DNA of 64,000 nt, from NCBI GenBank assembly GCA_013115125.1, contig JABANN010000046.1:1-64000 (forward strand), read 5' to 3'. This document shows positions 24,507-37,959 of the stretch, in pieces. Source of the stretch: Perkinsus olseni. Its lineage: Eukaryota. Numbering within the stretch: the stretch's first letter is position 1; every line of letters begins with the position of its first letter. The notes under the pieces were generated by a model. That model was not told the origin of the DNA. It worked only from the letters and a program-made list of their open reading frames with translations, and searched no databases. Position numbers and translations under genes: made by a program.

Positions 24507-26707
24507 ATGAATCGTTCCTGTCGTTGCCTCAACAGCGTAGTAGCAACAGCCCAACGGCGAGTAGAAGGGAAAATACCGGTCGTACGGCTAAGCGAAATCG
24601 GGCAGAAAAGGATGACCAGCTCTCCTTTAGCGGTAGGCGTAGCGGAACTGAGGAGGGAACCACTTACTTCGTTACAGCCTGTCACACTGCAAGCGAACGA
24701 CATTCAGAAGAAGAGAACCAAGCACCGGGACGTCGGCCTGGTGGAGGTTGTCGATCCATCGGGGACATCCTACGGCATCGCTTCTTATAATCCATCAGCC
24801 TACATATCTTGCAGGTAGTGGACATATCTTTCAACCTCTTTCGTATCTAACGCGGTCAACCTCAGGATACTCCATCGTAACTCTCAAGCTCGCACCGATC
24901 ACGATTTTTTCTTTGACGTATTCAGTAGAGCACTTCAAGCACGCATAGCAGCCTTAGGAGGCATGCCGGAGCTGCGCAAGCGAGCCTTTCGCGTGAGATC
25001 CCTCCCTCCCCTGTCCACGAGTATCTTCTCGTTTCAGCTCATCAATGGTGAAGGTGACCATCTACCGGGACTGTAGGGTGTGTAAAGCCAGCTTCAACCT
25101 AAGATACCATTAGATACGTCGACATCCTCTCGCCAACCGCTGCTTGTGTGAATCCATCCACGGCGTTCATGGACCGTCAAATCGACCTGATAGTGTCTGC
25201 CTTGAGAGCCCTCCTCCCTAGTCTGAAGGAAGTAGTACCGCTACTCCTGACGGTCCCATCAGTGGCTTCCTCCAGGTGTATCTCCGACACGACGATCACG
25301 TTTCTCGTTCCCTTGAGTTCCTTCCCACCATCCGACCTCATCTCGTCTGGTCAGCCGGGCAGGTGCCTCCGGAAGGCATCGGCCTCCCAGGCGGAGCGAA
25401 GGTCAGGATGGACCCCGCGAGTGGATTATTCCTGCCCGGTAATAAGCGTCTTTCATGGGAAGCGGGTGATCCCCGTGGCAGCTCATCCAATGAGAAGCGC
25501 TGAGTTGATACGTCGACTGCCGACTCTGCTGCGCTTGGCCCGGCCCGAGGCTACCCGAAGGAAGGCCTTGGCGCTCCACGCGGCTGCTGCAGAGTTGGCT
25601 GTTTCGATGGCCAAATTGGCGGAGGAAGGGGAAAATGACGCCAACGATCGGGTAATGAATGAGCCATTCTTCGCCTGTGTTCACGAGAATCGTAGCTTGA
25701 TCATCGCATCGAGCAGAGTGAGCGGGAACCTCTTCGAAGCGATCCACTTGGTGAGCCGCGGGTAGAATAGTAGTGCGGCAGGATCGCCACAAAATATTGA
25801 TACTCATTATAATGAAAGCTTCTCGGATATGATCTGACCTTCTCCGTCGCCCTGTTGTTTCGCCGCTGAGCGTTCGTGAGTGAGTTCGTCGATATCCTCC
25901 AGGATGGCCTCTTGCCTCTTGCCTCTCCGCTCAGGTCATGGTACTCGCAGTAGAGCAATCGAACCAGCTGTGCGAAGCGCTGGAGGGTACGATTGGAATT
26001 AATGGTATCCGAGGTCGCATTATGGTTCAACACGATGTTCCACGACTGTGGCTGCGGGACTGGGGAGATAAGATGGTAGTATGTGGGGAAGGGCGGATTA
26101 CATCGCAACTCGGCTGCCGGTACTGCGGTATGAGACCGGCTATCGAGATTTCATTGGAACCTCTGACGAATGCCGGAATTCCTATGGACTAGCACATGGA
26201 TCCAGCGCAGTGGGTAGACGAGTCGCCGTCGAGACTCTTCCTTGGCCTCGCGGTTCCCTTTCCGATGCATCGTCCGCGGTGTGGGGCCCACACTGTGGGC
26301 ACTGGTCGAACTAATGGATTTGTCTCATTTCGTATGAGGCTGGTGAGTTACTATTGGAGTGGTACCTGTAGATGACTCACCGACAATACATTTTCACAGC
26401 ATCGTGGTTTCCCTGGCCGGTGTGTCATTGAACGGAACTCATTTCGAATCAGGCCGGCGAGTTCGATTTGGCCATCGTCTCTCCGCCGCCATCCACGGGC
26501 TCCGACGTGGAGGCTTTGAAGGAGCTTCTGACTCTGGCAGCCAGTCAACTCGTGTCTGGAGGAGTGATGGTCCTCTGTGGCGTAGATGAAGTACCCCGGA
26601 ACCTCTGCTTAGCTTCGCTCCGCCATTTTTCCCTTCAGATGAGGTACATTCGTTTTCAAAAGCTCCTACTGCAGGCTCTGGCTCCCCGGCGCAGCACTCT
26701 GATGTAG
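24507..26707 (+). CDS. RlmI-like (PUA + class I SAM-dependent) RNA methyltransferase-like protein, multi-exon, head-to-head with RPL27A
   Basis: GLVEVVDPSGTSYGIASYNPSAYISCR, LINGEGDHLPGL, FDLAIVSPP and QLVSGGVMVLC follow the RlmI-family motif order; basic/hydroxylated N-terminus. Confidence 0.6.
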
Positions 26708-27215
26708 GTCATCTCCTGAGCGCTCGATAGTGAATTCTTAGTGTAATATAATACTATCCTTGATACGGATATTTTACAAGGTTGGTTAACAACAGTAATA
26801 TTAAAATAACAACATATATAATGCCCACATGTAGTCCAATAAATTTGGTTCCGCACTTTTCAATACTCGTTGAAGTAATTTATCCTGTCATATACGTGCA
26901 TTATTGCTATTAATTTATTGGGTATTATGCCATACCAAATTTTCCGTCCTAGATACGAATCCACCGGCTGTGCAGATTTTCCCATCCCGTTGGTATCTTC
27001 TGGTCGGGATAGCTGCGCCCATCGAATCTTGGCTGTGCGTGTTGGAGAAGATATGGATGAATTATAGCATGCTGATGATGTTTCCGTTGTTACCGTTTCT
27101 TCATGGTGTGGTATTGTGTTCGAGTAGGGTATGGTTTTACGAGAAGTGAGCTTACCGAAAGAAGCTGCCTTTGTTCCAGTGTTTTTTACTGTCCAATCTA
27201 GTGGTGGTGGTCTAG

Positions 27216-30200
27216 ATGTCCGTCAGCTTGTTGAGAGTGGCGATAGTGTTCCAAGTGCTGTTCGTCTGCACCCTAGGACTGCACCCGGATGAGGCTAGAA
27301 AGTAGTATCTTCGGCTCGACCATGCAAGATACAAAATAGGTCAAGTTGTGGCACGCGTGATCGATACTCGTTACTTGAGGTACGATTGGTTCATGCGTAA
27401 CATAGGAGGTGTATCAGCCGTACCAGAAGTCCTCCCAAGCGGGGACGTCTTCCTTGGCACCGATGAGGGTGTCATCGCCGTACTAACTTCAGGCCTGTGT
27501 TCTTCAGATCTCATCTCCACCTGCTCAGGTCCTCGCCAAGGACACTGGTCTCCTCCAGTGGCGCACGATAGTATCGCCTAAGTCACAGGTGCTGGACGTT
27601 CACGCTATCGGAAAGTCCAAAGTCGGCCTAGTGCAGACCGCGAAGGGCCAGGTGCTGTTGTTGGGATTGTTGTATATTCATTTCTCTACTGTTTTCGGGT
27701 AGCGCTCTTGATGACCAGTCTCGTCCATGGTGGTGTATGCTCATCCCCGTGGGGTTGAGGATTGGTTCCTCTCTCTCACACTTTTGGCTGGACAATGTTA
27801 TCTTTCCGTACAGTTTTATTTTTTGTTCAGCTCTTCGCCGTAGACCTCCAGAACGGTAACATTATTCGTGAGCTCACTACATCGAAGGTTATCAACTTTG
27901 ACGTCTGCGAGAGTTCGAAGAACGATCAGCCTCTCATCCATGTTGGCTGCGTCGACGGCCACTGTAAGTCTAGCAATGATCATCATCACTCCTCCCTGCG
28001 TAAGACTAATTACTCAGATATCTTCGACCTTGAGAATGCCGAGTTGAAGCAGCCTGAGAACAGTAGCATTCCAGCAGCGGTAGTTTCCTGGGTTCGCTGC
28101 GAAAGACTTGACCGATAATTTTGTTGTAGGTCTCTTGCTCTAGACAGAAGGGCAAGTCTGCTGTAGTGTTCTCCAACGAAGACCTTGCTGAGGCGACCGC
28201 TGTGTTCGTAGACGGGGATGCACTGCACGCTCGAGTCAGCCCTACCCAGGTAGACGAGTTGCGGATGAGTTGGTATCGTTGCAAATATACTGCTTGTAGA
28301 TCCGAAGATATATGATGTCTGGTGGCAAGCCGATGCCTTCGATCAACACGACTACCTCGGAGGAAGCGGGCTTCATAATGAGAGAGCTCAAGTTCCCAAC
28401 CCTATCCAAGGGACACGAGTTCGAGGTGGGGGAAATGTGGTATTAGGAAATGCATTCGCGAGTAGCCAAAATGTCGCTTTTCTCCGAGTCTTCTATTAGT
28501 ATCGATAATATCCCCCTGTGAGCTGTACCAAAATTTATGCAGCCCTTCTGGGATGAAAGTGTGCTTGAGATCGTTCGAAGAGTCTGACGACGAGATCGTA
28601 TCTTCCCCTTCGCCCTGATGATAAAATTTTGATGGCTTCTCGATAAACCAAAAGCAATGCTGAGGAGTCGGATCGGATTCTCGAGGAGATTGCGTGACAG
28701 ATGCTCGAGCAGCCGAAGAGCTTCATGAAGGGTGACCATGTGTATACTATGAAAGTTGGCAATGATAGGCAGTTCGAAGTGAACTTCGATGGTAATAATA
28801 CCCACTTGCCTGGATAGAACCGGGGACCTTCGGATTACCCAGATCTCTCATTGCGCATGAAGAAGGGCAAGGAAGTTCTATGGACTCGAGAGGAGAGTCT
28901 GTCGAAGCCGGCTCAAGTGGTGACTCTCACTGAAGGTGATAATATCGGTCTCTGAGCTCTTCCATTGTCTTGGACAATCGCTTCCGCCAGGCTGTTGATT
29001 CAATCCTTCGCTGGTCACGCCTGTCGTTCGTGCTGCTCTTTCTCATGTCATCATTTCCTTAGCTCGGTCTGGCAATGGCGCCTCTGTTGGTGGCCTCATG
29101 GACATCATCCCAACATCCTCCGCTGAACTACAAGTGCTTCTGGCCAAGGCGGGTGAGTGGTTTGATAACAAAGTGCAAAGTAAGACGTTACTGCACTCCA
29201 CCGTTCTTACCGAGGATGGCTCGCTACGGTGTAGGCATCGGCCAGCAGCAGCAGCAACAGCTCTTCTCCAGCGAGCCTGCACCTCTCGAGATGGCGATCA
29301 ACGGGGTAGTCCTCGGCAGACAGCCGGGCGATGAGGTAGCGGTAACGCTCGACTTTCGTCGTGATGGTGATGTTGTTTAGGGTCAATTGGCTAACCTGAT
29401 CGGTCCTCATTTGAAGATCGGCGTAGTTCTGTCTGATACGGGAAAGCTGTTCGCTCTTGATTTGGCTACATCAGAGATTCTATGGTCGAGGATGGAGAGC
29501 AGGGATTGCATCATTGATCGGTAATGATGGTCGCGGGTTCGATCCCTGGTAGCTGCCTTTTTTTCAGCGTCAAGAATGGCCCTAAGATCTGGCTGCGAGT
29601 ATCGCACTCGAATGGAAAATATGACTTCATCGAACCCGCGACAGGTGATAATACATCTGTCCTCCAGCTGGCTCATTCAATTATTGAAGAACGGGCTGGT
29701 TGCATGTTTCGGACGGATCCCTACCCAAACTTCCTCTATGGAGGCTTAGTGGAGCGACGCGCCTAACGTTAGATGTGAAGTTCCTATGAGAAAAGTATTG
29801 CCTGGATCGCGTCCTATCGTGAGCTAAAGTTAGAGAATGTGTGCGTTCCCTTCTGCTACCTTTTATGATGTCTATTTTGATCGGATTGTCCGATCGAAAT
29901 ACACATATCATGAAACGTCTGGCGTCATATCATCAACGGATATCGGATTCGAATGACTTTAACGTTGTATCATTCTGGGAAGCTTATCGGGCTCAAGAAC
30001 AGCGGATTTTGCGGCCTTGTGGATGCACGCCCCGACGTTGCATCATGCTGTCGTGATGAGCCAATCGTCCTTTGTAATTTCGCAAACCATCGTGCGATAT
30101 TTCGGATCAACCTCATTTATTGGCTTTGTTTGTGTAGGGAAGGTTGCTCAATCCGGCGAACTCCCCGACAGCTCCAGCGGCCACACGTATGCTCTTAACG

Positions 30201-32269
30201 GTACCAACTTTGTCGGCTACTATGCTGGCAAGGAGGCCTGGACTCTGCGATTCAACGGTGAGGCATGGATTGTTGCCTCGCGGGGCGGCTGCCACGTTGT
30301 CGTTTGCAGATGACTCGGAGAAGATAGTGTCCGTAGTGGAGCCGCGCCAGGATTACTTCGCCCATGTGCCTGTGGTGGTTAAGAGTGATGCCTCGGTCCT
30401 GTACCGATATATCAATGCTAATGTCATTGGTAATGAGGAGAGGGTTTGCCGCTTTCTCTGTGTTTCTTAGCTTCATACGTCACCGACTCACATGACAGTA
30501 GTTTCTTCCTTGGAAATTTACCATGTAGCGATGTCGCCGTGCTAGGACAAGTCGACGTCGCACTGGGTTCACAGAAGCCTCGGTATAATTTCCGCGTCTT
30601 TCATGTGGCTTCTCTGGATTTTCTTCTCCGTAAAACTCGGCTTGTCATTGGCTCACATAACAGTAGATTTTCCCTCGAAAATAAAACATTTTAACCTCAG
30701 TGGGAGTGGCTGTGTGAGGGCGATTGGCCGCCTGCTTGATGGTGTCGGGCAAGTCGGCGTCTCTCTTGATTCATAGACACGTTTATGTGATTTTCGAGTC
30801 TCGTATCCTACGACGAACGATGTACTTCTCTCAAAAAAATCTTGGCCCCGATTGGCAGGCGTGGTGACGGAGAACTCGGAAGGATATCTTTTCGTGAGGA
30901 TAATCGATTCAGTCACGGGTGCCTTGGTTTATGAGACGAAGGTGAGAAGCGCGGATTTGTCCAATTTTGAAATCTGGAGTCAGATCCCCCACGCCTCGGA
31001 CCCTATTATGGTCCTCTTCGACAACTCTGCCGTAGTGTACTACCGCAACGAGAAGGCCAACAGGTATTTTGTGCTACTTTCACAGCGGCAACGAGTCTCG
31101 ATGACAGATACGAGTTGGTGGTGGTTGATCTGTTCAAGGACAGGGACGACCATGGATTCTGGGAGACTATGAAAATGTCGCAGAAAGCGAGGGAGGATGG
31201 GGCTGTTGAGGGTAGGAGTTAATGGTATCTCAGGTTGATCATGGTTGATTATAGGAAACGCCACGAGGGTATCTGCTTATGCCTTGGAGATGCCCATCGC
31301 TGCGGCACAGCAGTTTGTAGTCCCCCAGCCTGGTAGTAAAGGGTGTCCGTCTTCTCTGGCTACCGGCCTCTCGTCGATGCCCTCCTACGTTGTTCCAGCA
31401 TGTCGCGCATAAGTCAACTCCACCCTTGCATGACTTCTGCATGGTACTGCTTGATAGAGCCACCCCTGTGTCGAAGCGTCTTTACTGCCTCTCCTCTCAG
31501 TCACCAGTATCGGAGTGAGTACTACCCAGAAGGGCGTCACACCGCGAAGCGTCCTCTTTGGGTTGGCATCAGGGAAGGTCCTCGCCGTCAACAAGGACAC
31601 AGTCCTCAACCCTCGTCGGCAGACACCGTAAGTCGCCCTAGATTTTCCTTTTCCGCTAAAGAGTCACTGTTGACGCCCTTCAGTAAACCTGTGAGTGATC
31701 GATCGGGCCGTCTACAGAATGTGGCGTCGGACAAGGACCATGATGCTTCCCTTCCAGCGTAGGTGCCGAGCGGCTGTATGAGAACCTCCGCGCCACTTTC
31801 TCGTCATGCATAGGCTCCGTTACTCGCAGGTACGCGCCCCTAGTGCCGATGAAGGCCACTGACGTCGTTACCTACGACAACGAAGTGGAAGGTCTCAAGT
31901 TCATACGCACAAGTGAGCCGACGGATGATGTTGCTCACTGGGAGCTTCACGCTCGGTCTTCATCAGCTCCAACTCATTTCGAATCGACATCTCTGTTGGT
32001 CCTCTTCGGTTTGGATGTGTATATGACTCCTACAAACACGGCTCAAAGATACGATGTGAGCGTCACTGCGCCGCGAAATTCGGGCCATGTTTTCTATTCA
32101 GTTGCTCGGGCCCGATTTCGACTACCCGCTACTGACCGTCAGCATTGCAGTCGGTAAGGTTGGCTATGGCACTACGCACGCAAAAAGATTCTTCTGTTCA
32201 GTTCTGGCGACAATATTCATCACCACGAGAATGGCGTCTCGCAAGGCTCTGGAGAATCGATGGAAATAA
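27216..32269 (+). CDS. EMC1: ER membrane protein complex subunit 1 (many exons)
   Basis: Signal peptide then LHPDEARK|YDW...GTDEGVIA|VL..DTG..QWR; LWTREESL; VKSDASVLYRYINAN; C-terminal PTHFESTSLLVLFGLD...RYD|LLGPDFDY + TM + RKALENRWK*. Confidence 0.93.
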
Positions 32270-33065
32270 GCAAAGTTGATACTGAATGTTTCTACCTATC
32301 ATAAGCTTCTTGCGTGCCTCACGGGAATCTTCGCTGTACGTGTTGTCGGGGCAGTGGTGTCTTTCGTTCCATTGCGTGTAACGAAAGACGGGTAAGAAGA
32401 CGATGATGTGCGTCACCACTGTTGACTGCTATTGATATTGTGGCCACGTCGCGCGGCTCCTGTGGATGATTGAGAAGGTGACCGGAGCAGATATGAAGCG
32501 CCTGATGGTCATCCTGAGGGTATTTGTCCTCGTCATAGCCGTCCGGCAGCATCTCACAGTATTATCAATAGCTTGCCTGCCTTCCTGCTGATTTTCAATC
32601 GCTCAGGCACGTCATTCGATCTCTCGGAGATCTAGAGGTCGTCTCTGATCAAAGAGACAAGGGTGTCTCGCCCTGGTGAGCTACACCACTGATTGTCTGC
32701 TGATCCCATCACGAAATGACACCGTCGGCGGCTTCGTTTGCCATGCGTAGCCGCTGTATGATCCCCATCTCCGCGCTCATCATTAATCTCTTTACGACCG
32801 CTAGAACAATACAGCATTCTCGAGGTATGAACATCATGGGTCATTATCTGTTAACAACGTGTAATTCGTCATCTTTCTTATTTTTATCGTTTTCATGCAG
32901 ATACATATAACACAGCTTTAACAACATTCTAACACTAAGTGCACCGTATCACATCCAGGATAAACATTGCCTTCGCGTCGCTCTTACTTGGAGGAGATAT
33001 AGTCATTGTTTGAATAGCGCAAATTCACTTGGAGGGCAGAGCTGTTCTATATACTCATCAGTTCA

Positions 33066-34070
33066 AATCAACTCCTCACCAGCATTGGACTCTTCTCCAC
33101 CCTCTGCATCATCCTGTGGGATAAGTCTGTCTTTGTGACCATCTGTCTTGTCCTTTTCTATGGAGCTTTGATAGGGCATTTTGGATGGCCTTGGGGATGC
33201 TCGCAATATGGCAAAGACATGGCAGGCTTATACCAGTGGGGCACAGCCAGTTCAGGAACTTCCAGAATCCTATCTCTGATTGTCGACGGGAACCCCTTCA
33301 AGAGTCTTCACGCGAGCACGCGAGAAGCTCGCCACGGAGCCATCGAACTCATCTGGGTCGACACGTCCGAGGAGAAGGCTTTCCAGTTTTCTATGATCCC
33401 TTCTGAAGGTGCCCTTTACCGCCTTACCGACCATCGCGTAGTCCAGTCTGTTGAACCAGCCTTTTCCAGAGCCCTGCACTTTGAAGTCTTTCACTCGAGA
33501 GTTTTCATCGAACCACATTGTTAGCCCAAAACCAGTCTCATTGAAGCCGTAGTATACGCCATTCGCAACTGGCTTCTCCTCGTGCCTAGTAACGAATACT
33601 TGGTCTCTTTTGAGGAAGCGTTTGGCAGCCTTGACTGCTGGGTTACTCCGTGGCAGCCAATGGTGCGACTCGGGTTCCCTGTCGTAAGCCTTTCTATCGC
33701 TGTAGAAGAACGGGTCGGAATTTATTTGTGGAGTACCGAACAGTGAAAACTCTGTTGTTAAATACTCCTTCGAGCCCTTTACATCATCCACAGTGTAAAT
33801 CAGCATTTGATGCTCCCAGTGATAGGGGTGCCGAAACTGAGCCCGTCTCAAATCAGGTTTAACATAAGAGCACTCGATTCCTGCCACAGTGCGTGTTTCC
33901 GTGCGTTCCTCGCTCCTCGCCATACAGGACGGCCAAGGTTCAATATAGTATCTTGTGCCCTCCTCAGACGTTCCCACGATAATTTGCTCATGCTCGCTTC
34001 TTACGATCTCTACTTGCCATGCCAGCATCAGGGCGAGGGTAAGGGCAGGCATTTGTCGGTGGTGTTTCAT
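33066..34070 (-). pseudogene. Array family copy 1: intact N-terminal ~266 codons, C-terminal tail broken (stop at 33270, tail split over frames)
   Basis: Family motifs GTRYYIEPWP, YTVDDVKGSK, NGVYYGF, FDGS..SF.RAR; tail remnants KAIQNALSKLHRKG and DRLIPQDDAEG lie past the stop in different frames. Confidence 0.7.
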
Positions 34071-34168
34071 GTGATTGGGGGTCTTACAACAAGATGCTAG
34101 TTGGCGCAAAGTACAACTTACCTTCTGACCGTGCCCAACGAAGCATTCGTGTCAGAGCTCTGATCTAA

Positions 34169-35370
34169 GGCGGCGTTTGACCTTGGGAAAAGTTGACACC
34201 GCTCGAACCTTCAGCACGTCGCGCGCCATAACAAGCTGTTATGTTACTAACAATAGGTTGGACGATTCGACGGGCGCTCACTCGACCGATCAATGGAAGA
34301 GAGCCCAGATTAAAGGATATTCGAGGGTCTGCTCTACACCTCGAGAAGGGAGGCTCCGCTACACTAGCTCGGTATATACCCGGGTTTCGATGCGGAGCTA
34401 CGATGGTGGAACGTCTGCACCCCGGGGGAAAAACTCGGTCGCGCGAAAGTGGAGGCTTCTCGAAGGCTAGCGAAGGCATCCTCCTCTTCTGTTCCACAGT
34501 GTGGAACAGAAGAGGAGGATGCCTAGGGTGTGGAATCCACACCCTACCTCTCCTTTCATTCCACTTGCCCGTTTCCCAACTCCCTTTCTCTTTCGCCCGC
34601 CCCTCTTTCCCCCCTCTGAAACGTTCTCCAACCACAGTCTTCTTCCGATGCTTTTCCGTGTTACATTCCGAGTCGGAACTGATTTCACGCCTCCCCTCAT
34701 TCTTTTAGTTGTCTTCTTAGTCTGAAGACCTCACTTCTCTCATCTCCCTATATCTGATGTCACTACAAACACGCAGTATGTCCAACGCTCGAGCTGCGAC
34801 TCGTGCCGCCATCCTTCAAAGCTTCTTCAACTGCCCTGGTTGTTATTCCTTCAACTGTCTTGCGACATTCCGCCCTACATCTATATTCCCCCTTCTACAA
34901 GAAGAGCCCTTGCTCCAATGGCTACACCGTCACTCTCTGCTCAAGACCGACACCCTCTGCACCTGCGGCAAACCAAGAACTCGGTACAGTAAACGTTCTA
35001 AAGCTGGTCTGTTCGTTTGGTACTTGCGCTGTACCAATCAACAATGCCCTTCGACGGATTCTACTGTGAGGACTGGCATATGGAAGAACAGGTCATTGCC
35101 ATTTACTAAGATCTTCAGCTTACTCGTCTTGATCGCTGTGGGTGACAGCCGAAGAAGAATTTCTGATGATTTACGCATTAGTCGTAAGTGCGTCACTTGG
35201 TGGCTCTAGCTAGTTGGCCAGTGCTGCTCTCTCTACAACGACTTCACAAGTAGGGATACTACCTATCCTAATGTCCAGGCTGATGAAATGGTGGTGGGTG
35301 GTAAAAACAAGTACAATCGAGGAAAGCCCTCAAGAAAGGATCGTCGGCTCGTGTGGGTGGAGACCAGGTA
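34169..35370 (+). mobile_element. Truncated Merlin/ISXO2 (IS1595-like) DNA transposon; transposase pseudogene 34757-~35370 with an in-frame TAG at 35207-35209
   Basis: Zn-ribbon CTCGK...LRCTNQQC, TVRTGIW, HTH-like segment, then past the stop NVQADEMVVGGKNKYNRG...VWV, the V.xDE...KYNRG signature; left end position tentative. Confidence 0.75.
34474..34524. repeat. Perfect inverted repeat, 24-bp arms, 3-nt loop
   Basis: AGGCATCCTCCTCTTCTGTTCCAC-AGT-GTGGAACAGAAGAGGAGGATGCCT. Confidence 0.95.
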
Positions 35371-36034
35371 ATCAATTCTCAGTGGAAGTGCACCGACTGT
35401 ACAGTATCAGCGACTGAAGGATGGCTACGGCGGAGCCACTTGGCTGATGCTTAGTGTGGGTCCGGGCCATCGGAATCCGATGATCGGATAGGTGTTATGA
35501 GTATCCGTGTGAGGCGACGCTATTGCTGTGATGCTTGATTCTTGCCATTGGGTCGTCATTGAGGTACACCGCTAGTGATGATCACGAGAGGGAAGTGGCC
35601 GTTACAGCGGTCAGGGCCATTTGGAGGTGCTCGGGAAATTGTAATCGACAATTATGCTATGTAGCATACAGGCCCTGTAGTACAGGGTATACACTTTGGC
35701 CTTTCCTCCAGCGGACCTTTTTCGGCTTCTGTAACGTTCAATGTCAACTGCAATGATACAGCAATGACGAGGTAACAACAGCATGCGGCATTAGTAATGA
35801 AGGACGTGAAATCGAAATTGCCGGTGTTTTATTGATCGCTTTCTCAAGACAGATGAATATCAATAATATGACACCGTATATATATCGTTCTAAACTTTCT
35901 GCTTCAAATTGTCTACTTGACCAGCCTCTACGGGAATGTATAGTTGTTGGCATGACGAATGAATTTCACGCAAAGATTCGGGAACTCTCCTCCGTCAAAT
36001 CGGTCAACATGAGGCCTGGTCTATCATCGGGCAT

Positions 36035-36390
36035 TCACTCTCCATCATCCCCCTTGAGAAGTCCATACTTGAGAAAGTCCTTCCCGTACTTGCGGGAACT
36101 AGACAGAGATTTTCGGAGATAATCTAAGCGTCGCACAATGCTGGAGATAGCAGCCTTGAGCTTGCTCTCAGTGGTCAAGAGGTCAGGTAGCCTCTCGATA
36201 GCTAATCGCTCACCCTCAATGGTGTTAATTCTTGCATTCAAGAATCTCTCTCTTGAACCGTTGAACTTCTCACGGTCAACAGGTTCCAGTAAGAGATGAG
36301 CTCCGTCAAATAGGTTCGGGTCTTCCACACCATCGCGTAGATGAACTCGTTGTAGCGCCCTCGATTGGAAGCGGTGCAGCCTTGCTTGGT
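36035..36390 (-). pseudogene. Array family 3' fragment, duplicate of the 36976 gene
   Basis: SNRGRYNEFIYAMV then frameshift/deletion to AHLLLEPVDREKFNGSR...GKDFLKYGLL; downstream flank also duplicated (35570-36020 vs 36510-36990). Confidence 0.8.
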
Positions 36391-36975
36391 GCAGCCGGTA
36401 CTTCATCTTCCTTGAGCTCTGCCTGCACTGGGCCTGTGCCACAGGCATCGCACCTCCCAGATGGACCATCCGGTCATCCATTGTGTCTTTACTGGGTAAC
36501 ACCGTATCACCCTAGGGAGGGAACGGTGGCCCTCACAGTGGTCAGGACCATTCGGAAATACTCAGGAAATTGTCATGGACGTTTTTGCTGTGGTTCGGAA
36601 ACCAGAACCCGAACCCAAACCCCGTACAGGGCCTGTAAAGATACACTTCGGTGGTTCTACCAGCAGTTGTCTTTCGGCTTCTGTAATATCTAAGGTCTAC
36701 TGCAACTCAAGAGTGATGACAAAGTAACAACAGCATGCGGTAATAGTCATGAAATAGGTAAAATCGAAGTAGCCAATTTTTTATAAGCTTTTGTTTAGAC
36801 AGATACACATTAATGACGACGTTCTTATCATTTTTTCATAACCTTCAACCGCCTCAAGTTGTCTTCATTCCCAGCCTCGACGACATGGAAGTAACGGGAA
36901 TATAGACGTTGGCATGATGAGCAGATAATCTGCTGCAGATGCCACGAGAAGATTCGGGGCTTCTCATCCATCTAG

Positions 36976-37959
36976 TCAGTCAACATGAGGAACGCACTCC
37001 TCCGCATCATCCTCCTCCTCGAGGAGGCCGTTTTTAAGGCCGTCCTTGCCGTGCCTGCGGAACTTAGAAAGATGATTCCGAAGAGGACTCAAGCGTCGCA
37101 CAATGCGGGAGCTAACAGCCTTGAGTTTGCTTTCAGTAATCAGAAGATCTGCTAGCCTTTCGAGAGCGAATGGCCAGCCCTTCACGGTGTCAAGTCGAGC
37201 ATTCGAGAAGCTCATTCTCGAACCGTCGAACTTTTCCCGATCAACAGGTTCCAGTAAGAGATGAGCTGCGTCTGATGAGTTGCGGTCCTTGTAGAAGGAA
37301 CCGCGCATCGCCTTCCCAACCATCGCGTAGACAAACTCGTTGTAACGCCCTCGATTGGAAGTGTCCAACTTGACGCCTGTTAATTGTGACGTTCCATCTA
37401 ACTCTACCGTCGCTTCCACCCCATCTTCACTGAACCCGTAGTATACGCCGTTAGGGGCTGGCTCCTCAGCATCAGCCAGCAATAGCTGGTTGCCGGTCCA
37501 AAAACTCTCTGCGGTGGAGAGTACCGGGTTACCGCGCAATAGCGGCTGCCCCTGCCACCCTCGCCTCAGAGGAACGAAGGCCTCGAAACGGAATCGGTGA
37601 GCGGTAAGGGCCCGTGCCCAATAGTTTTTGGTGCCTTTCATGTCGTCCACACGGTAAACAGCCATTTCAACTCCTTTAGAATCTCGGCGCGGCCCTTGGC
37701 AGTGCTTCACGTACTCACAGTAGAATCCATCCACAGTCTGACGCCCCAGTCTCTTCGTACGAATAACCCCACCCTCGGCTGCGAGTTGGAAGTAATATCT
37801 TGTTCCCTCATCCGTCTCGCCAACGAGAACCGGACTTCGACGGCTGCTGGTCATCTCCCCCTGTAGCGCTAGGATCACTGTAAGAATGGGGAGAGAAATC
37901 TGGCGACGCTGTGCCATGAAACGATGTGGGGGAGATGATGAGCTGAGGGCACCTCTCAT
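36976..37959 (-). CDS. Array family protein, intact (probable start 37917)
   Basis: Signal-like ISLPILTVILALQG, all family motifs, basic helix and KDGLKNGLLEEEDD tail; intronless. Confidence 0.85.
   Translation of the reverse strand: MRGALSSSSPPHRFMAQRRQISLPILTVILALQGEMTSSRRSPVLVGETDEGTRYYFQLAAEGGVIRTKRLGRQTVDGFYCEYVKHCQGPRRDSKGVEMAVYRVDDMKGTKNYWARALTAHRFRFEAFVPLRRGWQGQPLLRGNPVLSTAESFWTGNQLLLADAEEPAPNGVYYGFSEDGVEATVELDGTSQLTGVKLDTSNRGRYNEFVYAMVGKAMRGSFYKDRNSSDAAHLLLEPVDREKFDGSRMSFSNARLDTVKGWPFALERLADLLITESKLKAVSSRIVRRLSPLRNHLSKFRRHGKDGLKNGLLEEEDDAEECVPHVD

Noticed and set aside
35420-35430. Minus-strand CCGTAGCCATC matching the 5' part of the Perkinsus/dinoflagellate spliced leader
   Set aside because: Only 11 nt, diverges afterwards and is not followed by a recognisable gene start; could be chance
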